A stretch of DNA of 64,000 bases from the human T2T-CHM13v2.0 reference genome, Homo sapiens. The position numbers and the translations under genes were made by a program. The stretch lies in the NCBI RefSeq assembly GCF_009914755.1, contig NC_060930.1. One strand, given 5' to 3'. Positions 44,651 through 64,000 of the stretch are shown one piece after another; within the stretch, counting starts at the first letter, position 1; each line of letters opens with the position of its first letter. The notes below the pieces were generated by a model that did not search any database, had not been told where the DNA came from, and saw only the letters and a list, made by a program, of their open reading frames with translations.

Positions 44651-46181
44651 TACATATGTGTTTGTTTGTGTGCATGCAAATATATAATCGATGTGCTTTC
44701 TTTGCCCAATAATATGTTGTGGACAACTTTCAAAGTCAATAAATACAGATGACCTTCAGAACTTTTAGAGGTTTTAAAGTAAGTATCTAATCAGTCTTCT
44801 ACCAATGTACATTATACTTCCAAATTTTCCTTATTTCCAACAATACTGGGGTATCATCTTCATACATACATTTTTGTGCACTTATGTGCCTATTCCTTTG
44901 TTTACTATTTTACCCTCATTTCTAAGGCAGATTACACTTGAGCTATGTTCCCCATTCCACAACCAAGCACGGCTTGCTTTCCTTAGTTTATGCTATTTTC
45001 TCTACCTGGAATGCTCTTTTCCTGTCTTGACCCACTGAAGTCGTATGTATGAATCAGGGCTTCGGCCAAAGGCTGTTTGCTGTAGAGGCTCTTCTACAGT
45101 GTTTGGAGAGAATTTAAGGGACTATCTCATCTCTCTCTTTTGTACATGTATTATAACACATCATCTGAGCCTCCTAGTCTCTCCCAGGACTCTTTTTTCC
45201 TACCAGTTTATCAACTGATAAGAGGCAGAAACGAGATCAATCGCACTCATCTGTGTACTCTATCACAGTGGTGGGCACATCAAGTAACTAGCATATTTTG
45301 ACTTTGATTGAAGTGAAGAATACGAATAACAGAAATTAAGAAGCATCCTCAATATTGCATAGCAGGTTACTCTTCTTTTCTTTTACATAGGATGGCACTC
45401 CATGCTTCAGGGAGACAGAGGAGTTGAATACAGGTTTTAGTTTTTGTTTAAAGTGAAAACGACTCTGATGTAGTTGAAAAGTAATGCTTTCTAGCTGTCT
45501 GTTAAAAATGTTTGTTGGTTGAAGACTTCGGAATTGCAGTCCAGTGAGGACTGAAAATAAGCATCTTTGGTGTGCCAAATATTCATAAGGAAATTGTATA
45601 CGAATGCAAGAGAATGGAACTGAAGTAATAAAATAAGGGCTCTGATCCTTCAGATGACTTATTTAAGAAGCCAGGTGGCATAACGAATCTTACATATTAT
45701 AATTAGTACTGAGAGGTGAATGCCAAAACATAAAACAAACACAATCGAGACAATGTTAGTGTGACTGTGACGCTGTGTCGGTGAGTTGAGGCTAAAGATC
45801 CAGTGTGGCTCTCCTGAAGGCCCACCGCGCCCGCACCTAGGAGACGCGCCCCTTCTGCTCATGCTTTGAGGCGGGGTGACCCACACATCTGTGCCCCTCT
45901 CTGAGCAGGAGGAGGCCCCGTCGCAGACGCGCGCGCAGACAGCGTCTGCCGCGGGCACCTGGGGCCGCGCGCCGCGGGGCGCCCCGCCTCCGCTCTCCGA
46001 GGCCCAATCATCTGGAGGCTGTGGGGGCACGTCCCGCTCCCGGCCACGCCCCCAGCCGGCGGGGCGGGGGGTGCTTTTAAGAACCGGCGGCTGGCAGTGG
46101 GCTCAGTCGGGGGTGCGGGGCTGTGACCTAGAGGCTTCAGTGTCGATCCCCGAGGTGTTCGCGCGCGCCAGCTGTCCTCGC

Positions 46182-46211
46182 GGCCGCCTGCGCGCTGGCC
46201 GCCTGCGCGCT
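46182..46211 (+). repeat. Perfect 15-bp tandem duplication upstream of the SLC16A10 ATG
   Basis: ggccgcctgcgcgct x2. Confidence 0.92.
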
Positions 46212-46306
46212 GCCAGCCCGCCCGCCCGCCAGGGGCTCCGCCGCCCTCGCCTCGGCCTCGTTAGCCCGCCAGGAGCCCCGCAGCTCCTCCGGGAGCCCGC
46301 TGGTAA

Positions 46307-47083
<777 letters not shown>

Positions 47084-48507
47084 TGACTATGCCAGTTATG
47101 TAGTTCTTCACCTGCCTCCCTGGGCCGCAGAGGGGTGTGCGTATGTTGGCGGGGCGGGGGGTGGAGTTTGGAGGAATGAAAGAGATTTGTACGAAGGTCA
47201 CTGGAGTTCCAAAGGGGGCCCTGCAAGAGTCACGGTTCCGTGCGTTCCCGTCCCCCCGCCTTTTTTTGCCCTCTGGGTTAAATGTAGAAAACACGGGAGG
47301 CAGCCGGATTAGGGACTAGGATGAGGAAGGTGAAGGGTTGCTTCTTCCCTCTTCCTGTTGTGTTTTTTGACATTTTTTTTTAACCATATAGTAAATTAGA
47401 TACAAAAGGTGCAGATCAGCGTTTTCTCCCTGTAGAGCATTATTATGACTTTTTGGCTGGTTAGGCAAAAAACAAATCTAAGACCTTCTGCATGACACTT
47501 TAACATAAATTCTTTCACTTTATCCTGCAAGGTGAGCGCGGTCAACCCCATTTGGGTGAGAAAACTGTAGCTCAGTGAAAGTGTCTTGGTGGGTAGTAGA
47601 ATGGCAATAAAACACATATCAACTGACTTCAAGGGCTAAGTGATTTCCATTACTAAATCAACCTCCCTCCCCATCATTTGGGGTAACTTTATATGATTAA
47701 TAGTCTTTTTTTTTAACCTTGATTTTCTATTATTTTTAGAGTGAATATTTCTTAGGTCTTTAGTATGCATATGAGGAATGGGCAAGACTGTAATAAATTC
47801 TGAGACAAAGGTAATGCTGGGTTATGCTGAGAGTTTTAAAACCTGACATAAATACTATTAAACTATTTGTATCATTCTGCAACTTACTTTTCTTCCATTC
47901 CGCATCATGTTTGTGACTTATCCACATAATACCTCAGTGTGAACTGATAACTCAAATTCTTTCCATTTTAACTTAGGTGGTTTGCATTGTTTGACTATAT
48001 TATACTCTATGCATTCTCCCTCTGATGGGCATTTAGATTGCTTCCAAACTCATTCTAAACAATGCTGCAATGAATATTCTTGTACACTCTCGTTATGCAT
48101 GTGAATACGGTACCATTTTAACCTGGAATTTCTGTTCTTTAAATAGCTATTGAAACTGCTGTGGTATGCGGGTCAATGGGCTAGGTACAAAAAGTGTTAA
48201 AAATGTAGTAACATATCCTTACCATTTAAGGGAAGTAATCATTGTAAAGTTTAGCAGGGGAGATATGCATATATAATAGCAAACAAAAATAGTTTGTTGT
48301 CTTTTCTATATGAGTATTGGGTGTCAGAGAGAAAAGCCCCAAAAGAAGGCAGAATTGACAGAGTTAACATTTAAAGACTAGTTCCAACATTTACCATATT
48401 CCTGCCTGGGATTACAGATTTTTTAATGCAGTCAAGATAACAGCAGTCTTTTGTTTATCATTGTTTTTGCAAATTCAGTTAAGTAGATCCTTTGGTGTCT
48501 GTGGGTG

Positions 48508-48509
<2 letters not shown>

Positions 48510-48550
<41 letters not shown>

Positions 48551-48565
48551 AGAGAGAGAGAGAGC
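48510..48565. repeat. T40 homopolymer followed by a (GA)n run
   Basis: Direct read. Confidence 0.95.
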
Positions 48566-49599
48566 AATTGCCAGAGAGACCATAGCTTTGCCAGGGATGA
48601 GAATTTTGCAGTGTCAAAGTCTCTACCTACTACTTGTCCCCAAAGTTCTAATTGGCTACACAATATCCCAATACTGGGTAGCTGAGAGTGAGGGAAGGAA
48701 CCTGGTTTTTCTTTTGCACTCTGTGGAACTTTGTGTTTTCCATTTTGATGAATATCTTTTTTCTTTTTACTCAGTTCAGTCTTTGACAACTTTTTCAGTC
48801 ATGTTTGTGTATGTGTGGGTATATATCATATAAACAGTTGCACAGGTGTGCTAGTTAAATGTGTGAAGATCTTTGTGTTTCTCTGCCTGACTGCTGTATA
48901 TCTATTTATGGTTGTGCCATTGCACAAGGGTGCCCAACTCAGGGGTAAGTGGGGACTGAAAACCAGCCTGGGCTCTGGGTGCCCTTTGTCTGATTCCTAC
49001 AGAAGGGCCCTATGCACTTGTAATGGCCCTGTATAACACAGCATCTAGATTGAACAATGGCCATTACTTGGGTGCTAGGTAATACATATATGACTGATAG
49101 ATGTTAAGGGCTGAGGAAGAAAACAGATTTAAACTTAGTGCTGAAAAAATGGTTACAAGATAGTCTTTAAGCCAGTTATTGTTGAGATCTCTCTCTCTTC
49201 CCCTGTCCCCTACCCCTTTCTCTTTCCTTCAGTGCACACACACACACACAAAGGTGTTTCATGAAGTCCCTCATCTACCACAGTCACTGTTATTTGAGAA
49301 TATCTGCTTTGAAGTTTGATTGGTCACACTTTTTCACTTTGATATTCGAATGCTGAGTCGTCTGTGATCAAGCATATGCAAGCTTCAAATACATGCCAAA
49401 AAATATCTGGAATTTGTTTAAGCCTTTTATTTTTCAAAGTTTTGGTCTATTTTCTATTACCGTACTCATGATGGATAATCCTGGTGTTAGAGTACAGCTA
49501 GTTCTGTCTCCTTGTTTCCATTACTTCTTTATAGCAAGTGACTAGCCTAAGGATATACAGGGAGGTGGTGGTGGAATGGAATCTAGGTCTCCAAATGAT

Positions 49600-49970
49600 G
49601 GTGCGCATTTCTTGAGTACTTTCCTGTGGCTAAGCACTTTAGATGCGTTCCTATTTAAACCTTACCACGATTCTCTGATAGACTTTGTTAATATCTTTCT
49701 TTTCAGATATGGGAACTCAGGCTTACAGAGTTTAAGTAAGAAGTGGAGCCAGAATTCAACCCCAGGCTTATCTGACTCTAAGAGCTGGGATTTTTATTTT
49801 AATTATTTATTTATTTAAAATATGGAATGCTTCATGAATTTGCATGTCATCCTTGTTCAGGGGTCACGCTAATCTTCTCTGTGTCATTCCAATTTTAGTA
49901 GATTGTTGTTCAAAGTGCTGCTGAAGCAAGCACCAGGAGCTGGGTTTTAATCATTCATCATATTGCATTG
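49600..49970 (-). mobile_element. MIR interrupted by the U6 retrocopy
   Basis: ctaagcacttt..ttttcagatatgggaactcaggcttacagag..gagccagaattcaaccccagg..tctgactct. Confidence 0.7.
49817..49933 (-). pseudogene. U6 snRNA retro-pseudogene
   Basis: Reverse complement reads GTGCTTGCTTCAGCAGCAC...TACTAAAATTGGAATGACACAGAGAAGATTAGC...TTCCATATTTT (full-length U6); A-rich tail ~49791-49816; TSD gagctggg(a)tttt at 49782-49794 / 49937-49948. Confidence 0.93.
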
Positions 49971-50899
49971 ACTAGATAACATTCTGCAAATACGATGTTT
50001 TTTATGTTGTTGATTAATTTAAGTGTTAGTGATTGGTTGAGTGCTCTACCATGCATTCTGGGATTAGAAAGAAGGGTCCCTGTTTCTTGGTCCTACTTTG
50101 TGGTGAATAAACAATTGCAAATTATTAATGTCTCAAACTATATTTCTGAAGTGTAGAGAGACTTCCATAGAAGAACAAGATACTTCCATATGCCGTTCAA
50201 GCAAAAGTCTGGGGTTTCCTTTGAAGAACTTTTAGATTGATCCACAGCAGGACAATGTTTCTAGGCAGAACTGAGGAGGAGCCTTTCTTAGGCTCACTTC
50301 TCTTCAGGGCTCTGTTAACTCTTCCCACGCAATGGATAATCTACCCAAAATTTCTCAGGAAAGGGCCTGAAGAAGTTCATTCACACTAAGGTGTAAGTGA
50401 GTTTACACATCTTACTGTTAATTCTCTTTATACAAATGTTTACCAAGTTATCTAACACGCTTTGTTTTGGGCTCTGTCCTGGGGACTGGAGATAATGACT
50501 GAGAGAGAAAATGTCAGCTGTTTCAAAGTAGCTTAGGATCTGTTGTGGGATACAAATTAATAACAGACCAGAAGTAATAGAATATTTCCCTGAAGGATTT
50601 TCAATATAACAGGACTCAGTTTTACTATAAAAGGCTGAAATTCTAAGGTCATTTCAACAGGTGGTGGGGTTGGGGGTGGGGAAGGCATTTGACGCCTCTT
50701 TCTCTATGGTTATAAATCTCACTTGGTGAAATTAAGACTTTGGAAAGGGGAAGTAAGCCAACTCCAAGTTGGGCAGTAGAACCAATGAAAAATGCTGACG
50801 GCATCACAGTCCCATTATGGTGCCCAGCTGCCAATGACATGGCACTCAGAGGAGTGTCTCACACATACTGCTCTGTCTGAGGGAGCAAGCTAAGCTTGA

Positions 50900-51685
<786 letters not shown>

Positions 51686-53237
51686 AGCAACTTTGTTTTA
51701 ACTCTGCTAGATACTGGAAAACCCATGGAACTAATGAAGAGCCTAGGGCTTTTTATTTGTTTTGAGATTGTGCCATTTCACTCCAGCCTGGGCAACAAGA
51801 GAGAAACTGTCTCACACACAAAAAAAGTGTAAATCAAAACATTAAAAATTAAGTAGTTTGGAAGTAGATTATCAAAAAGGTCCTGAAAGGGAGGTTCTTT
51901 GGCTATAATCTTTAACGCAACTCTACACTCCCTGTATGGAGACAGATTTCTTTTTAGATGGTTACAGTCACAAAGTAGGGTTTTCAGTAGCATTTAGGGA
52001 TGAATGAATCTTGCAGCACCTCTCCATGTATCTTGCTAGCCCCTCTGAAACTTCAGGTCAGTTAGTGCTTCCTCAGAAATTGTTCCCCCCACACCAAGTT
52101 TTCACATTTACAGTTATACTGATATCCACATTGTACTGTTGTATGTGACACCTAGATTATAGGAAATTTTGGCTATAGTTCAGAAATTAACTGCTATGTT
52201 TTGCCTTTACGCTAAAGAGATTTTGTTTTGTTTAGTAGGAAAAGCGGCCTGCATAACTAGCCATTTCTGTATCTTAGAAAAATTTTTAGTAACAGTCCTT
52301 TGTTGAGCTAGTTACAGTGAACAAATAATCTGGTTCATGGTCCTATACATCTTTCACTATAAGAAAAATACCTGATTGTTATTTACACTGGAAGAGAGGT
52401 AGAAAAGCTAAGAGAACTCACTTATGGCAATAAACCAATCTAAACTACCTGCTAAAATAAGTGAGAAGATTATAAAAATGGTTCTAGGATTTTGGAATAA
52501 TAGTGAGTATGGTATGGGCGTTTCATACTTCATTTCCAGAATGTTTCTGGATTAAGTGCGAGACTGAATAGCATATATAGTGAATTCTAATTAAATACAA
52601 CAATGTGAGATTCCTGTGGTGTTTTTTCATGGAATTAAAAATTAATAATTTCAATAAAATTAACTGCTGAAAGAACCCAATTAGCCAAAATGAAAAGCAT
52701 AACACATTTTTTCAGGAGCGATTTTGAGGTGTCTTTTAGAATAAATTGTACTCTGCTTTTGATGTGATTTGCTACATCTTTTTGTTGCAGTTCCTTGAGG
52801 CTCAGCCCCTGGCCATATACTTGCTTCACTTTTCCTGCTTTCTTCCATCCACTGTCTTGGGGCTGTTATTTCCAAATCTCATCACTGTGTTCAAGACTCT
52901 TATTTACTATTTCTGGACAGTTCCATTTGGGTACACAGGTACATCATACTAAACTAACATGAACTCATTTTTCAGCTACACCATACAACCTTCCCTTACT
53001 ACCAAAAATGACAGCCCATTTGTCGGCATTCTTCTGAATCCATATTCCTCCTTCTTAATTCTCTGTGCATGATACCTCTGGTTGTTTAAGTCAGAAACCT
53101 GGAATGTATCTTAGCTTCTTATTTCTCTTCCTTCCTTACCTGTTTTGTTAAATCAGAGTTCTTTTGTGTTTACCTTCTTAATGCCTCATAAATCAGTCCC
53201 ACTTTTCTTTCACTACTGTGTCTTAATTCATGCCTTC

Positions 53238-57010
<3,773 letters not shown>

Positions 57011-57914
57011 ATAAAATTAACATTAAAAAGTGTAGTAAAATTTTTAAAAAGAGTAAATTGTATCAGCAGTGTTCTGCCTGTGTTCAGAAAGCCAAAATTT
57101 ATATTTGTGTTTCATTTAGATTGGATCCAAGACCAATTTTGAGATGTGTTTTAATATTACAAAAATAGAAAACTACCTGTTCATTAAATGGTGATATTTA
57201 TTGACTTTTCTGTGTAGATAAGTATTAATGCCAAGTCAAGTAGGTTAGTCTGGAGACTGTTTTTATTAATAAAAACCTTTTCATCTTAATTATCCTTTTT
57301 ATTAGTTTTGACTTTATGTTGCAACTTCAAAGCAGCATCTCAAAGGGTTCACATTTGTCAGTGGTTGTTTAAACAACGACATTCCACAAAGTTAATTGAT
57401 GTTTTAGTGTGAATGGGGCAGGAAGTTGTCATTGTTGTCCTGTAGTAACGTAGCACTCAAACTTTGACAGGAGGACCCCAGCCATGTAGTTATTGACTGT
57501 AAGTACACTTCCCTTAAGAGTAAGTTGTTTTTTAGGAATAAATGATAAATGTATGGAGTTTTAGTTGTAGGTGTTATGTTTTGTCTCCTTCTTCTCAGAG
57601 AAAAATGTTACTGTGGAATAGGCTTAAACTGAAAAAAGGATCTGATTTTTAATAAGATCAGATTCTTTGGCCATATTTTGATATTGGTTCAAAACAAATG
57701 TTTAATATCAGATGCACAATGTTAAGAGCTCTATAATGTAGTGGTAACACCTGAGCCTCAGCCAGTGACTACACATTAAGTTCTTGTTCATTTTTTGCAG
57801 GGGCAGGGGAGCTGGTGAGGCATAAAGAAGGGTCAGAGGAGATAATAGACTTATATTTGTATTTTTATGCATAATTATATAGGAAACATTAAATCCAGAG
57901 TTGATAAATAATTT

Positions 57915-58644
<730 letters not shown>

Positions 58645-58916
58645 GGTTATTTTTTTTCAGCATAGACAAAGCAGGGGAAGGAAAAGATTATGTTTCAAAT
58701 GTTCATTTAAACTACTACATTTAAAGTAATACTTCCTAATGATTTAAACTTTAGATTAGTCTATTTACGGGTCACCTGGAAGATTCTTTATAAAACATGA
58801 GAGTTTATTACTTCTTTCAATACACGGGTGTCTGTAAATGATGCTCAATAGATCTGAAGCCTGAACTTTCTGAAGAAATGTTGTGAAATTATCTATGGAT
58901 GTCTACTTGAATTTAA

Positions 58917-62117
<3,201 letters not shown>

Positions 62118-64000
62118 TAATTTTTTGAGCACAAAATATGTACTGAGAGCCACGCAAGAAACAAATTCGACTTATTCCATGCTCTTGAGAGGTCATGAGG
62201 GGAAACAGAATGATACATAAGTAACTCTGAGAGAATATGCTGCACATGCTAAATCCTGTGCAAGTAAGATATAGGATTTTAGAGGAAGGGAGAATGACTT
62301 CTGATTGAGCTGACTAGAGAAGGCTTCAGTTTTTGAGTTAGGTGTTACGAGATTGGGAGACTTTTCTCAGCATATCTAACAGAAGAGGGTATCCGAGGTG
62401 AGAGTGTAAGGCCTGGGCAAGGGTTGGGAGGCAGTTCTAATACTGAATGTTCTGACTGTGGTTTACTATGTATTTCAGGTTATTTTGTTTAATCTATCCA
62501 GTAATCCTTTCATGTAACAATTATGATGTGTGTGTTTTAGGTGGGGCTACTAAGGCTAGTAAGTAGTGAGGCTGGATTTAAACTTAAGTCTCCAGCTTCG
62601 TGGCCCAGGTTCTTTATACTTGACTCCACACTGGGCTTATTAAGTGAATGACAAGGAGTTTGATTTGTCGAGGGCCGAGGATATGTAGTGAAAGGTCATA
62701 GACTATAAGGCTGGCAAAGAATGGTGGAGCTGGGGAACGGAAGATCTAAATGCCAAGGTAAGCTTGGACATTATTTAATAGAGGCAATGGGGAGATACTG
62801 AGGATTTCTGAAGAGGGTTTCTAAGTAGTGCTTTAAAAAGATCTCTGGGTTGCAGAGGCAAGAAATAGGAGGAACACCAATTACAAAGCCCCGACCGAAA
62901 GCCGAGTGAGATTTGAGGGTCAGCCATGGAAATGGGAATGAAGGGACAGATGTGAGACATTTCAAAGGATAGACTGCAGGAATTCTGGCAAAGAATGGGT
63001 TGGACAGTGATGAAGAACACAGAAACAGCATTGATGCCTACATCTGGAGCCTGTGTCTTAATAATTTTTGATCAGGGAGACCTACAATACATTTTGTATT
63101 GTGCCCCACAAAATCATGTCGACAGCCCTAGATGATGTCATGGACAGGTATGGGGCATGAGGAGAAAGAGTTGCCAGGGAAAGGCTGGCTCACATTTTAG
63201 ACATGTGGAGCGTTAAGGGTCAGCAAGACATCAAGGGCGATGTCAGGCAGGTAACTGGAAATGCAAACTGGTAGTCTCAGAGTGACGCTGAGTCCAGTGG
63301 TGGGGCTTTGGAAAGAACATGTATCTCTAAGAGGAACATGACATAATGGAAACCCAGAAATCCTGTCTTGAGCGGACTCAGGGGCTGCTTCTAGGTAATT
63401 TAGTTCATTTCTACTGAAGTCATTATATTTAAAAGTATGGCCGCACTGAGATGGCCACTGTAGCTGCTGCCACCTCTTAGCTTTGGTCTTAAAAAAAAAA
63501 AAAAGTAATAGAACTTCCTTAAAATGTCTTTCTAGCCTTTGGATTTCTCTAATTCAGATTTGCGTCTTCCCAAGGGTCAAAATTATATTTTTACTATCCC
63601 TGTCTTAGGTATTTCCAAAACTTCGTCTTAAGACTTAGTCATTTTTTTCCTTCAATTTGACATGACTGCTAAAGACTTTTGGCATGTTCCTCCTCCTTTC
63701 ATTTGTGATGTAATTAAGTTGGTCTGTAAGTCTTATTTTTAAGATGTTCTAGACCAAGAGACTGTGAGAATAGCTTACAGTCATTTCAACTAATTTATGT
63801 ATTTTAAATTTAAAGTATTGACAGTGGTGAAAACCTGTTCAACAAGCAGATGATGTTATCTTATATATTCACAGAGTTTAGTAACTGAGCCAACTACTTC
63901 ATTCACAGTTCAAAATGAAAACAGCTAATTCTTTTAAGTAAGTATAGATTCTACTCTTTAAAAGAGTTATCTAGGAGAGCTACTATAATACTATTATAGA

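Overview
Human (primate) genomic DNA, recognisable as the 6q21 interval upstream of and into SLC16A10 (MCT10/TAT1). The only live coding sequence is SLC16A10 coding exon 1 (46355-46697, + strand) in a CpG-island promoter; the rest of the window downstream is its first intron. Upstream are a full-length processed GST-mu pseudogene (GSTM2P1, - strand) inserted into an old L1, an ERV1 LTR with env remnant, MaLR and MER51 solo LTRs, a truncated L1PA and about 60 Alu/FLAM copies; a U6 retrocopy lies in the SLC16A10 intron. Nearly all ORFs in the supplied track are Alu, L1 or GC-shadow artefacts. Main novel observation: five repeat-free islands on the + strand (3044-3174, 15458-15558, 17057-17308, 18712-18820, 19783-19902) have AG/GT splice borders with mutually compatible phases. 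They join into a ~186-codon protein-like frame with four nonsense codons and a FLAM insertion, i.e. a candidate unannotated unitary pseudogene (lost gene) of a family I do not recognise. A weaker second fossil gene may lie on the - strand at ~26.7-33 kb. Repeat boundaries and subfamilies were judged by eye and are approximate.
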